Assembly: GCA_021787335.1 (NCBI GenBank)
Contig: JAJYMC010000062.1
Span: 90,181 to 154,180, forward strand
Length of the DNA stretch: 64,000 nt
Reading direction: 5' to 3'
Source of the DNA: Bacillota bacterium
GTDB taxonomy: Bacteria > Bacillota > Sulfobacillia > JAJYWN01 > JAJZPE01
The notes under the pieces are model-generated. The model saw only the letters and a program-made list of their open reading frames with translations. It was not told the DNA's origin and did not search any database. Both the position numbers and the translations under genes were made by a program. This document shows, piece by piece, positions 27,429 to 36,581 of the stretch (within the stretch, counting starts at the first letter, position 1; every line of letters begins with the position of its first letter).

Positions 27429-28256
27429 CTAGAGCTGGTATCTCAAAACTAAGCCGCAATCTGTCCCTCTGATCGCCCTGGCCGATGGGTTTGGGAGCGA
27501 CAAGGGGCCCCAGAATCGGGCGAAAAGCGGCTTGAGGGTTAGGCGGAGGGCAGTGGTCGGCTTGGTTGGCAAGCCAACGCACCCATGGTACAACAAAAAG
27601 GGTCTGACCGGCCTTTGGCCAAAACCTGAAACGCGCCTACCTAGGCTCGACCGCTCGCCTTCGACGCTTACCGACGCGTGCTTGACAAAACCCTCAATGG
27701 GTTTCTGACCGGCCCTAACTATCCTTACGGCGTGCCACCCGCTGGCGTCAGGCAAAGCTTTCTTGGTCGCCCTCTCTAGAACAGGCTTGTCGCATCGTAG
27801 CCAGAACATATCGTCCCATGGTTGGGCTTCTAGGAGCGCCGAGTGTCCTAAGTGCGAAAGTGCCCAATCCGAAACTTTGGCCCAGAGGACGTAAGCGCCC
27901 ACTGCTAAAGGGCTCAACAGTATAAGTGCCACTAGATACACCGCATACGTATCTACCCGGAAGAGGAATGGCTCGAGTAATCTCAGATCCCATAACGGGA
28001 CTTTATAGCGCCAGATGAGCGTGAGCCAGATAGCCACAAGCACGGGCCACCCAAAGATCAGGCTTCGAAGAACTGATAGGACCTCGCCACCGGATGGCAT
28101 TTTGCGGATGGGGCGAAAGCGCTCGTACCAGTATTGAGTGAGAACTCCGGGCACCAATATGAGAACCACAAGTGAAAAACCCACGCTCTCCTCCTGGTAG
28201 CAAGTATTACTCAAGGTTTCGACAATTGGGCTCCCTTTCCTCCCAGGGAATGCCAT
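27429..28256 (-). CDS. Hypothetical polytopic membrane protein; 5' two-thirds lies in an AT-rich (~50% GC) islet
   Basis: MAFPGRKGSPIVETLSNTCYQEESVGFSLVVLILVPGVLTQYWYERF... with 4-5 TM segments. Base composition changes abruptly around 27740 and 28330; the 3' extent is uncertain. Confidence 0.35.
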   Translation of the reverse strand: MAFPGRKGSPIVETLSNTCYQEESVGFSLVVLILVPGVLTQYWYERFRPIRKMPSGGEVLSVLRSLIFGWPVLVAIWLTLIWRYKVPLWDLRLLEPFLFRVDTYAVYLVALILLSPLAVGAYVLWAKVSDWALSHLGHSALLEAQPWDDMFWLRCDKPVLERATKKALPDASGWHAVRIVRAGQKPIEGFVKHASVSVEGERSSLGRRVSGFGQRPVRPFLLYHGCVGLPTKPTTALRLTLKPLFARFWGPLSLPNPSARAIRGTDCGLVLRYQL

Positions 28257-28278
28257 TACTCCGAGACCAGCGATCTAC

Positions 28279-28307
28279 AAAAAAAAGGTCCGATTGGACT
28301 CGGACCC
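28279..28307 (-). terminator. Strong rho-independent terminator after dapA-family gene
   Basis: Minus strand ggtccga-gtccaa-tcggacc followed by TTTTTTTT (complement of the A8 run at 28279..28286). Confidence 0.65.
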
Positions 28308-28342
28308 AAAAGGTGCAGCTATAAGAAGCGAAGGCAATTCGT

Positions 28343-29275
28343 TTACAACAACCCGGCGTGCGCCAGTGCCTTTCGCACCTGGGTCCGGGCCGCGTCGTCG
28401 ACGGGGAGGAGGGGCGGCCGGACGACGGCGTTCTTCAACACGCCCTGCATCACCAGGCCCTCCTTGATCCGGGCCCGGTAGTCGCGGACGGGCTTGCCGA
28501 AGCACGCGTTGACCAGCGGCATCAGCAAATCATTCAGGCGGGCGGCCTCGTCGAAGCGCTTGGCCCTGGCGGCTTCCAGCATGTCCACCTGGAGCCGCGT
28601 GGCGATGGCCCCGAAGCCGATCAGCGCCCCCTCGCCGCCGAGGACGAACGATTCGTAGATGAAGTTGTCGTTGCCGGTCAGAAGGGTGATGTGCTTGGGC
28701 AGCGAGTTCAGGTGGGCGAGGGTCTGGACGTACTTCAGGGCGTCGAAGGTGGCCTCCTTGATCGCGCAGACCTCATCGATCTCGACCAGCGCGGTCAGGG
28801 TCTCGGGCGGGTAATCGACGCCGCCCAGGTCCGGCTGGAGGGTGAAGATGATCATCGGCACCCCGACCTTGGCCAGGGCCTCGTGATAGTTGAGGATGAC
28901 CGGGTCGCGGCCGGTGGCCCCGCGGAACGCGGTGATGGGGAAGCAGAGGAAGGCGTCGGCCCCGGTGTCCCGGGCGGCCTTGGCGAAATCCACGGCGGCC
29001 GCGGTGTAGGGAGCGCCGACCCCGCAGACCACCGGGACTCGCCCGCCCACCTTCTTCACCACGACGTCCAGGATCCGCAGCTTCTCATCGTTACCGAGGT
29101 GCGGCCCCTCGCCGGCGTCGGTGTCGATGGCCAGGGCCTTGATCCCCTGCGGGACGATCCAGTCGACGTAGTCACGGAGGGTGGCCTCATCGCACCGGTA
29201 GTCCTCGGTCATCGGTAGGACGATGGCCGGGATGATGCCGGCCAGGTCGGGCTTCTTCTTTGCCATGGGCGTCAC
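28343..29275 (-). CDS. Dihydrodipicolinate synthase/N-acetylneuraminate lyase (DapA) family aldolase
   Basis: 310 aa; class I aldolase family pattern (GIIPAIVLPMTEDYRCDEATLRDYVDWIV...). RBS AAGGAG upstream. Confidence 0.7.
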   Translation of the reverse strand: MTPMAKKKPDLAGIIPAIVLPMTEDYRCDEATLRDYVDWIVPQGIKALAIDTDAGEGPHLGNDEKLRILDVVVKKVGGRVPVVCGVGAPYTAAAVDFAKAARDTGADAFLCFPITAFRGATGRDPVILNYHEALAKVGVPMIIFTLQPDLGGVDYPPETLTALVEIDEVCAIKEATFDALKYVQTLAHLNSLPKHITLLTGNDNFIYESFVLGGEGALIGFGAIATRLQVDMLEAARAKRFDEAARLNDLLMPLVNACFGKPVRDYRARIKEGLVMQGVLKNAVVRPPLLPVDDAARTQVRKALAHAGLL

Positions 29276-29305
29276 GTCACTCCTTCAGTCGTTGTGGTGG
29301 TCGGT

Positions 29306-30730
29306 TCAGCGTTTGGTCGCCCGCTCCCGCCCGGCCAGGTAGATCGGGCGATAGAGGGCCTTGTCCTGGGTCACGCAGCCGGTCTGGCCGCCGTCACGCA
29401 TGATCTGGGTGCACTTGCTGCAGGTCACGCAGGAGCGCTTGGGCTCCAGGCGGCCCTTTTCGAGCAGCTCCCGGGCATACTCGGGATAGGCGAAGGCCTG
29501 CCGGCCCATGCCGGCCAGGGCCACCCAGCCGTGCCTGACGTTGTGGGCGGCGGCCTGTCCGGCGAACTGACGGAGCCAGCTGTAGCCGGAGCCGGCGACG
29601 GGGATCTCGGGCACGGCCCGCTGGATTTCGCGGGCCAGGGTGAAGTGCCGGTTGACGCCGAACAGCGGATGCTCATCAGGGACGTACTGCCCGGCGGTGC
29701 CCTGGTCGTGCGGCCGCGTGACGTGCGGGGCGAAGTACGGGTTGCCCATGGTCACGTTGATGAGGGCCACGCCGGCGTCGCGGAGCAGGCGGGCCAGGCG
29801 CGAAGGCTCGGTCAGATCGGGAGCCGCCGTCGGCCCCGGTGGCGTGTGCGGTCCCGGCCAGGCGGCCAGGTCGCGCGGGGCGGCCGCCGGGTCACCGGTG
29901 AAGCCGTCCATCGCCGCGCCCCAGCCCCAGGGGTGGGGGAGGCCGTCGTAGGCGCCCAGGCGGACGACCACGGTCACCCCGGGCACCTCGGCGCGCACCT
30001 TGCGGACGGTGTTCAGGAGGAAGCGGGTCCGGTTCTCGAAGGAGCCGCCGTAGCGGCCCGGCCGCGTGAAGCCGGCCAGGAGTTCCGAGCCCAGGTAGCG
30101 GTGGCTGGCCTTGAGGTCCACCGCCGTGAACCCGGCCCGGCGGGCCAGGCGGGCGGCCTCGACGTAGGCGTCCTCGAGGGCCTCCAGCTCGCCGTCGGTG
30201 ATGACCGGGTAGTCCGGCCCGATCTTCGCCACCGGGTCCAGGTACGGACAGTGGTGCGAGATGACCGGGCGCGGGACGTCGATGGGCCGGCTGTAGCGGC
30301 CCGAATGGACGAGCTGGATGACCGTGAACGGCTGGTGGTCAGGCCCCATGGCCGCGCGGGCGGCGGCGACGGCCTCCTCGCGCAGGCGGGCGAAGTCCTC
30401 CCAGTTGTCCCGGTGGATCCAGAGCTGGCGCGGGTTGGCCCGGCCCATCCGCTCGACGGCCACGGCCTCGAACCAGAGCAGCCCGGACCCGCCCTGGGCG
30501 AAACGCACGTAACGCCGACGGGTCAGGTCCCCGGGGCGGCCGTCGGCGCTGCCGTCGCAACCTTCCATGGGCAGCACGCCCAGACGGTTGGGGATGGTGT
30601 GCCCCCCGGCGACGAGCGGTTCGCCCAGGCAGGAGACGTCGTCGTCGAAGCCAATCTCCAGGCCTCGCCGGGCGACGTCCTCCTTGAGGGCGTCAAGGTT
30701 CCGGTACGCGAAGGCATTCGGCTGCGGCAT
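29306..30730 (-). CDS. Old-yellow-enzyme family NADH:flavin oxidoreductase with C-terminal Cys-rich Fe-S segment (2,4-dienoyl-CoA-reductase/NADH-oxidase-like N-domain)
   Basis: 474 aa; TIM-barrel OYE motifs (VIQLVHSGRYS, AGFTAVDLKASHRYL); C-terminal CVTCSKCTQ...GCV. Confidence 0.7.
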   Translation of the reverse strand: MPQPNAFAYRNLDALKEDVARRGLEIGFDDDVSCLGEPLVAGGHTIPNRLGVLPMEGCDGSADGRPGDLTRRRYVRFAQGGSGLLWFEAVAVERMGRANPRQLWIHRDNWEDFARLREEAVAAARAAMGPDHQPFTVIQLVHSGRYSRPIDVPRPVISHHCPYLDPVAKIGPDYPVITDGELEALEDAYVEAARLARRAGFTAVDLKASHRYLGSELLAGFTRPGRYGGSFENRTRFLLNTVRKVRAEVPGVTVVVRLGAYDGLPHPWGWGAAMDGFTGDPAAAPRDLAAWPGPHTPPGPTAAPDLTEPSRLARLLRDAGVALINVTMGNPYFAPHVTRPHDQGTAGQYVPDEHPLFGVNRHFTLAREIQRAVPEIPVAGSGYSWLRQFAGQAAAHNVRHGWVALAGMGRQAFAYPEYARELLEKGRLEPKRSCVTCSKCTQIMRDGGQTGCVTQDKALYRPIYLAGRERATKR

Positions 30731-30934
30731 CGGCTCAACTCCTCGTTGGAAAAAGTCGCCGCCAAGTTAAGAATAGATCAACGTCGCCGCAACCGTCTTG
30801 ACGTAAAACGAGGAGCCGTTCGCGTTTTCGGCGGCCGGCCGGCAGGGGCCGCCGCTTCCTTGAACGAAACCCAAGGCAGATTAAGCGAATTCGGGGCCGA
30901 ACTGACTCGCGGTCGAACGAGGGGCGTCGACGAC

Positions 30935-31798
30935 ATGGGGCCGGTCTACATCGACTACAAGCTGTCCCCGTACGGCATCATCCTGCAGGAGAGCCGCCAT
31001 TCGCGGGACTTCCGCATGGTCGAGCACTACCACGACATCTATCAGGTCTTCTACGTCCTCGGGGGCGAGGGGGCCTGCCGTCTGGGCGGGGTCGAGCACA
31101 GGCTGGGCGCGGACACCGCGGTCCTCGTCGGCAGCGGGACGCCGCACCTCCTCATCGACCGGCCCGATGATCCGCTGTTCCTGTTCGTCCTGGCCTTCAG
31201 CGCCGACGCCGTCCGCTACCACCCCGAGCACACGCAACTGCTGAGCGCCTTCGCCGGGCGGACGACCGTGGTCGGTCCGGGCGAACCGGCCCTGGCCGCG
31301 GTCAAGGAAGGTCTCCGCCGCATCCTCTATGAGCAGTCGTCGCGCCGCCCGGGGTATCCTATCGCCATCCGGGCCGAGCTGCTGTCCATTCTGCTCCAGC
31401 TCTACCGGCTGACCCTGCCCGAGGATGGGCGGGCTCTCGTCGGTGGGGTCGACCCGGCCGACCGACCGGTCTATGAGGTCAAGCGCTATCTGGACCAGCA
31501 TTACTACGAGCCCTTACGGGTCGAGGCCATGGCCCGCCTGGCCCACCTGAGCCCGCGGCAGCTCGGCGAACGTTTCCGCCGCCTGACCGGCCGCACCCTC
31601 ATCCAGTACCTCACCGCCGTCCGGGTCGAGCAGGCCAAGCACATCCTGAGGACGACAGACGAAGAGATCATCGCCGTCTGCTTCGAGGTCGGCTACGACA
31701 ACCTATCGCACTTCTACCGGGTCTTCAAGAAGAGCACCGGCCTGACCCCGAAGCGGTTCCGCCAGGAGAGACAGGAGGCCGGACCCATTGAGCCATGA
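30935..31798 (+). CDS. AraC-family transcriptional regulator (cupin sensor domain + AraC HTH)
   Basis: Only the 3' part of ORF 29294..31798 is real. ATG 30935 MGPVYIDYKLSPYG...; the C-terminus LSHFYRVFKKSTGLTPKRFR is the typical AraC HTH. Divergent from the OYE/DapA-like operon. Confidence 0.75.
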   Translation: MGPVYIDYKLSPYGIILQESRHSRDFRMVEHYHDIYQVFYVLGGEGACRLGGVEHRLGADTAVLVGSGTPHLLIDRPDDPLFLFVLAFSADAVRYHPEHTQLLSAFAGRTTVVGPGEPALAAVKEGLRRILYEQSSRRPGYPIAIRAELLSILLQLYRLTLPEDGRALVGGVDPADRPVYEVKRYLDQHYYEPLRVEAMARLAHLSPRQLGERFRRLTGRTLIQYLTAVRVEQAKHILRTTDEEIIAVCFEVGYDNLSHFYRVFKKSTGLTPKRFRQERQEAGPIEP

Positions 31799-32372
31799 TC
31801 CCGCCGGCGGTACGCCCTTCCGCGCGGGCGTGCCCCTCCGCGACGGCCTGCCCTTCCGCGTCGGCGTCATCTCCGACACCCACGTCCCACGGCGCGCCAA
31901 GGTCATCCCCGATTGGGTCTTCGAGGCCTTCGAGGGCGTCGACCTCATCCTCCACGCCGGCGACCTGACGACCCTTGACGTCCTGGACGAACTGGCCCGC
32001 CTGGCCCCGGTCGAGGCCGTGGCCGGGAACGTGGACCTGATGGGCGGCGGGGGCGCGGCCGCCCTGCCGCGGCGGCGAGTCGTCGATGTGGCCGGCGTGC
32101 GCATCGGGCTCATCCACGGGGACGAGGGACCCGGCCGGAGCACACCGGAGCGGGCCAGGCTCGCCTTCGCGAACGCCACGCGGGCCGTCGTCTTCGGCCA
32201 TAGCCACCAGCCCTTCAACGAACTCATCGAGGGGGTTCTCATGTTCAACCCCGGTTCGGCCACCGACCCGCGAACGGCCGGCGAACCATCGGTGGGCATC
32301 CTGACCATCAGACCGGACCGCGACCCGCCCGTGGACGGCGAGCTCGTCCACCGCCCGCGGAAGTTATGGTGA
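31788..32372 (+). CDS. Metallophosphoesterase, YfcE/MJ0936-like
   Basis: GVISDTHVP...LHAGDL...GNVD...GHSHQP motif series. Confidence 0.7.
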   Translation: MSHDPAGGTPFRAGVPLRDGLPFRVGVISDTHVPRRAKVIPDWVFEAFEGVDLILHAGDLTTLDVLDELARLAPVEAVAGNVDLMGGGGAAALPRRRVVDVAGVRIGLIHGDEGPGRSTPERARLAFANATRAVVFGHSHQPFNELIEGVLMFNPGSATDPRTAGEPSVGILTIRPDRDPPVDGELVHRPRKLW

Positions 32373-32441
32373 CGGACACGAAGGACCTCCGGAACAGATC
32401 TCCGGAGGTCCTTCATGCGTCCCTCTATGCCCGGCCGCTCA

Positions 32442-34655
32442 TCAGGGAATGGCCCGGATCGTCCTTACCAGCGCGGCCGCGGCTTCGGCCCGGGTCACCG
32501 GCTGGTTCCCGGCGAAGGTCCGGCCGTCGCCGGTGACCACGCCGAGGCCCCAGGCGATGGCGACGTAGCCGAGAGAGGCTGGAGCGATGCTCACGGCGTC
32601 AGCGTAGGGCACCCGGTAGATGCCCTCAACGCGGGCCGCGCGGTCAAGGTCGAGGAAGCGGACCATCAGCTTGGCCAGCGTCTCACGGGTGACGGCGGCC
32701 GCCGGGGCCAGGTCGCCGGTGATCCAGCCGCGCTGCTTGGCCTGGGCGATGACCTCGTCATCGGTCAGGTCGGACTGCTGCAGCCCATCCTTGGCCATCA
32801 GCATGGCCCGCAGGAGAGAGGCGGCGCCAATCTTCTCAGCCGGGTGGAAGGAGCCACCGTATTCCCCGAACAGCCCGGCCCGGCCGAGGAGGCCGATCTC
32901 GTACTCGGCGAAGGTGCCCTTGATGTCGTCGAACCGGCGGGCCCGCGGCTGCTTGGCCAGCGACTTCCCCTGGCCGTCGAGGAACTCGCCGGTCTTGGCG
33001 TCGAGCACCGTCGAGGACGGAATGGCCGGGTCACCGTTGGGCTGATAGACCAGACGCCCTTCACCGGACCCGTCCCGCCGCATGACCTGGACATAGGTCA
33101 TGGTCAGCGGCCGGGCGGCCAGGAAGGCCTCGTTCACCTGGGCCGCCGTCAGGAGGCCCTCAGCCTTCGGGAACTCATAGTCGGCCCAGTTGAGGGTGAA
33201 GCCGGTGACCCTCTGGGAAACGGCGTCGACGGTGATCCTCAGGCCGTTGGCCGGGAAGGGGATGCCGTCAACCATCCGCTGATAGGCGAAATACTGCTGG
33301 CGCGGCTTGGCCTCTTCCTTGGTCGGGGTCGCCGGTGGTTGGTCCGACGTGAGCCGGGTCTGCTTGAACTTCTCCGGCTGGACCTTGTTCAGGAAATCCT
33401 CGGCCAGCTTTTTCGCGCCATCCCGGTCGAGGACCGTCTCGGCTCCCGGATCGGTCATGAAGCCAAGGCTGAAACCGATGAGCTCCCCGGTGACCGCGTT
33501 GACCTCGGCGCTGAGGTAGCTGGCCTGGCCACGGGTCGGCTCATCGTTGTTCCAGCTAAGGCTCCACATCCGGAGGTTCGGATAAACCCAATGATTCGCC
33601 AGGCTGTATCCTCGAAGGGTCAGGTCGGCCGGGATGCCCACCCATTTCTCGACCGCGGCGATAGCCTCGTCGCGGGTGATGAGCTTGGCCGTCTTCTCGA
33701 TCTCGGCCAATTCCTCAGGGGTCAGGGGGGTGGGCTGGCTGGCCATGAGGTAGGCGGTCCGCGCCCCCATTCCAGGCGGGACAATACCGTCGGCCCCGCC
33801 CATCCCGAACCACATGTCGCTCTGGAGAACCACCGGCTGGCCGGTGAAGGCGTCGATGACCCCGCCGGACCGGTGGGTGAGCGAGTAAACCAGGCTGACC
33901 TCGGTCTTCTTGCCGGCCTTCAGCGGGATGAATTGTCCGGGGGCGAAGTACTGGAGTTCGAACATGCCGGTCTGGTCAAAGGCCTCGCGGGCCTTGGCCG
34001 GTGTGATGATGCCGGTGGCGGCCGGGTAGGCCGGGCGGCTCCAGTCCAGTCGATAACTCATGATGGTACCATCGTCGGCGCTGACCCCGACGGTCACCCC
34101 GTCAGCGACCACGGGCGTCCCGTCGATGAAGCGCCGCCAGTGGACGCTGTAGACCACGGGGCCGTATGAACTGAGCGGGACGAGCTGATTGCCGCCAGGG
34201 ACCAGGCGCAGGACCTTGACCCGGTCGGGGAGGAGCCGGTCGACCAGGTCCGTGGCGACCTCCTCGGCCGCCGCCAGGGAGATGGTCGGCAGCCTCGGTC
34301 CGGGCTTCGAGTCTGGGCGCCAAAGGTTGACGCTGACGATGTCGCCGGTCGTGGCGTCGACCTCGGCGTAGAGGCGGCCGGCGTTGGGGTCGGTGCTGTC
34401 CCAGGTCATGGTCCAGGTGGGCCGGTTGCCCCAGGAGTTGAAGCCGGAGCTGAACCGGCTGAGTTCTTTGGGGATGGTGAAGTTGTCCTTGACCGCGCGG
34501 ATGGCCTCTTCGAGGGACTTCTGCTGGGCCGCCGGCTCGCCGGGCGCGGCCTGGGGGAGGCCGCCGGCCAGGGCCAGGGCGGGAGTGGGGAGAAGGGCTA
34601 GCAGGAGCAGGACCGCCAGGGCCCTCTTCAGTGAACGCTGCAGGGTTGCGGACAT
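32442..34655 (-). CDS. Cell-surface protein with PepSY/YcdB-like repeats and C-terminal S-layer-homology (SLH) domains
   Basis: Signal peptide MSATLQRSLKRALAVLLLLALLPTPALALA. The C-terminal FDDIKGTFAEYEIGLLGRAGLFGEY... and ...YADAVSIAPASLGYVAIAWGLGVVTGDGRTFAGNQPVTRAEAAAALVR match SLH. Confidence 0.65.
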   Translation of the reverse strand: MSATLQRSLKRALAVLLLLALLPTPALALAGGLPQAAPGEPAAQQKSLEEAIRAVKDNFTIPKELSRFSSGFNSWGNRPTWTMTWDSTDPNAGRLYAEVDATTGDIVSVNLWRPDSKPGPRLPTISLAAAEEVATDLVDRLLPDRVKVLRLVPGGNQLVPLSSYGPVVYSVHWRRFIDGTPVVADGVTVGVSADDGTIMSYRLDWSRPAYPAATGIITPAKAREAFDQTGMFELQYFAPGQFIPLKAGKKTEVSLVYSLTHRSGGVIDAFTGQPVVLQSDMWFGMGGADGIVPPGMGARTAYLMASQPTPLTPEELAEIEKTAKLITRDEAIAAVEKWVGIPADLTLRGYSLANHWVYPNLRMWSLSWNNDEPTRGQASYLSAEVNAVTGELIGFSLGFMTDPGAETVLDRDGAKKLAEDFLNKVQPEKFKQTRLTSDQPPATPTKEEAKPRQQYFAYQRMVDGIPFPANGLRITVDAVSQRVTGFTLNWADYEFPKAEGLLTAAQVNEAFLAARPLTMTYVQVMRRDGSGEGRLVYQPNGDPAIPSSTVLDAKTGEFLDGQGKSLAKQPRARRFDDIKGTFAEYEIGLLGRAGLFGEYGGSFHPAEKIGAASLLRAMLMAKDGLQQSDLTDDEVIAQAKQRGWITGDLAPAAAVTRETLAKLMVRFLDLDRAARVEGIYRVPYADAVSIAPASLGYVAIAWGLGVVTGDGRTFAGNQPVTRAEAAAALVRTIRAIP

Positions 34656-34775
34656 CGGCGCACCGTCCTTTCGGGTGGAGCGGAACGGACTCGTCGCGCC
34701 ATTAAAGACGGTCGCCGGAGGGAATTAGTTCCTTGGCGGTTCAAGCTGGGCGGGATGGGCTCGGTCGGACTGGTG

Positions 34776-34810
34776 AAGAACGAAAGCCGCCCACCAGGGC
34801 GGCTTTAGTT
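34776..34810. terminator. Intrinsic terminator hairpin after GNAT gene
   Basis: aagccgccc-acca-gggcggctt (9 bp stem) at 34783..34804, flanked by A/T-rich tracts. Confidence 0.45.
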
Positions 34811-34852
34811 AAGCTGTTGCTATCGAAAGTCTGGCGGCGCCGGCCCCTCGCT

Positions 34853-35812
34853 TCAGTACAGCGAACTACCCTCCGGCCCGCCCGAGGCGATATAGCGCCG
34901 CGGGTCGGCGAAGTCGCGGTCGGAGGAGGAGACGAAGGTCTCCAGGTCGATGATCTGAAAGCCGGCCGAGAACAGCGGGCGAAGGGCGGGATGGGGGCCG
35001 GGGACGGCCAGATAGAGGCCATGCCCCGCGGCCCGCGCCCAGCGGCACGTCGCGAAGACGCAGGCCGCGGAATCTCTCACCGTGGCCGACCCGATGGGCC
35101 CCAGGATGGCCAGCCCAGGCCCCTTACGGCCGTGGCGGCGCAGGCTCATGAAGGCGTAGCCGATGGTCCTGCCCCGGCGGGTCAGCCAGACGGGGCGGGC
35201 GTCGGTCTGATCGAGCCAGTAGGCCACGTCCCGCGAGCGTTCGCGGCCGCCGATGCGGGCGTCCCAGCGGGCGAGACGGGCCATCGTCCGCCGGTCGGAC
35301 GGGTCGGCCTCGACCACCTGCACGTCCGGAACGGGCAACTCGTCGAGCCGCGGCTCGGGCGCCTGGAGCTGGAAGTTGGGCCAGCGTGGGAGCATGCCCG
35401 ATTGGATGTAGAGAGACAGTGCCCGGGGGTCCTTGGAACTCAGGGCGCAGCGCACACCGCGGCCGCGCGGCGGCATGGCCCGCCGCAGCAGGGTTCGGCC
35501 GAGCCCGGCGGACTGCCGGCCGCGCCGGACGAACAGCTCGGCCAGGTAGGTCACGTCGCCGCGGGTGATGGCGGCCGTGAACCCGGCGATGCCTTCCTCG
35601 TCCTCGGCCACCCAGACCCGCCCGGTCTCGAGTTCATGCCGGAAGATGGGCGGGACCGGGATGTCGGGCATCTCGGTCCGCGGGCCATGGTCGGCGTCCC
35701 AGTAGACCCGCCACAGCTCGGGCAGGTCCGCGGGCTTGGCTCGGCGCAACCGGTACTTCACTTCCTCTGGCTCGGACGACTTCTTGTCTCTTAGCTCGGA
35801 CGGCTTTCTCAA
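34853..35812 (-). CDS. GNAT-family acetyltransferase, two-domain
   Basis: TTG start 35812 with GGAGGAG 5 nt upstream; overlaps the stop of the upstream methyltransferase gene. 319 aa. Confidence 0.55.
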   Translation of the reverse strand: MRKPSELRDKKSSEPEEVKYRLRRAKPADLPELWRVYWDADHGPRTEMPDIPVPPIFRHELETGRVWVAEDEEGIAGFTAAITRGDVTYLAELFVRRGRQSAGLGRTLLRRAMPPRGRGVRCALSSKDPRALSLYIQSGMLPRWPNFQLQAPEPRLDELPVPDVQVVEADPSDRRTMARLARWDARIGGRERSRDVAYWLDQTDARPVWLTRRGRTIGYAFMSLRRHGRKGPGLAILGPIGSATVRDSAACVFATCRWARAAGHGLYLAVPGPHPALRPLFSAGFQIIDLETFVSSSDRDFADPRRYIASGGPEGSSLY

Positions 35813-36552
35813 GGGCTCCTCCTGACCGCGGTGACCAGCGGATAGTCTTCGTCCAGGGCCAGGTCCGACAGCTCCCAGCGCGAGACCTCCAGGTCGAAAC
35901 CGGCCTCGCGCATGGCGGCGAGCATGTCGTCCAGGTTGTAGAGCCCGTTCAGGTGGGTGTCGGCCTCGATGGTCAGTCTTCCCCGGTCGCGGATGAGGAA
36001 GACGAAGGTCTTCTCAAACCACGTGTCCGAGGGGTCCGCGTCGAAGTCGGCCTCGATGGTGGTCACGGCGATGTCGCCGCGGACGCGCGTGTCAACGTCC
36101 GTCCGGTGCTGCTTGAAACGCGTGCGGAGTTCCTCCGGGGGGGTGACCATGGGACCGCCGGGACGCAGGTGGGCCGCGGCCGTGCGGTAGGCGGCGGTCA
36201 GGTCGGACAGCGAGGTCAGGTAGGCCGACGCGTCGTGGAGGAGCACGGCGTCGAAGGTTCGGCCGAGCCGCACGTCGCGGATGTCACCCCGGAGGTATTC
36301 GACGTCCGGGTTGATGCTCTTGGCGTAGTCGACCATCGCCTGGCTGAGCTCCACTCCGGTCACCCGGTAGTGGCGTTTGAGGTGGAAGTCGATACTGCCG
36401 CCGCCGCTGCCCAGGTGCAGGACGCTCGCGCCGGCCCGCACGCCGTGGCCCGCGAAGCGCTTTTGGAAGCTGGCGACCTCCTCCTCGTAGTCCTCCGGCG
36501 GACTGACGAAGGGCCAGATCCAGACGAGATCGGAGTAGAGACGTTCGGTCAT
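35809..36552 (-). CDS. Class I SAM-dependent methyltransferase
   Basis: Motif I VLHLGSGGGSIDFHL; ATG 36552 (MTERLYSDL) with GGAGGT 7 nt upstream. Confidence 0.7.
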   Translation of the reverse strand: MTERLYSDLVWIWPFVSPPEDYEEEVASFQKRFAGHGVRAGASVLHLGSGGGSIDFHLKRHYRVTGVELSQAMVDYAKSINPDVEYLRGDIRDVRLGRTFDAVLLHDASAYLTSLSDLTAAYRTAAAHLRPGGPMVTPPEELRTRFKQHRTDVDTRVRGDIAVTTIEADFDADPSDTWFEKTFVFLIRDRGRLTIEADTHLNGLYNLDDMLAAMREAGFDLEVSRWELSDLALDEDYPLVTAVRRSP

Positions 36553-36581
36553 GGGTTCAACCTCCAAGTGTGGGCCCCGGG

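Noticed and set aside
27500-27560. tRNA-like anticodon-arm hairpin (ggctt-gccaacc-aagcc) on the minus strand near the AT-rich islet
   Set aside because: Positions 33 and 37 of the putative anticodon loop are both C. No acceptor/T-arm with a GTTC motif can be built. Probably just a hairpin.
29294-30934. 5' two-thirds of the 834 aa plus-strand ORF 29294..31798
   Set aside because: Antisense to the OYE-family gene and compositionally junk (GxxA/RG repeats). Only the 3' AraC-family part (from ATG 30935, with RBS) is a credible gene.
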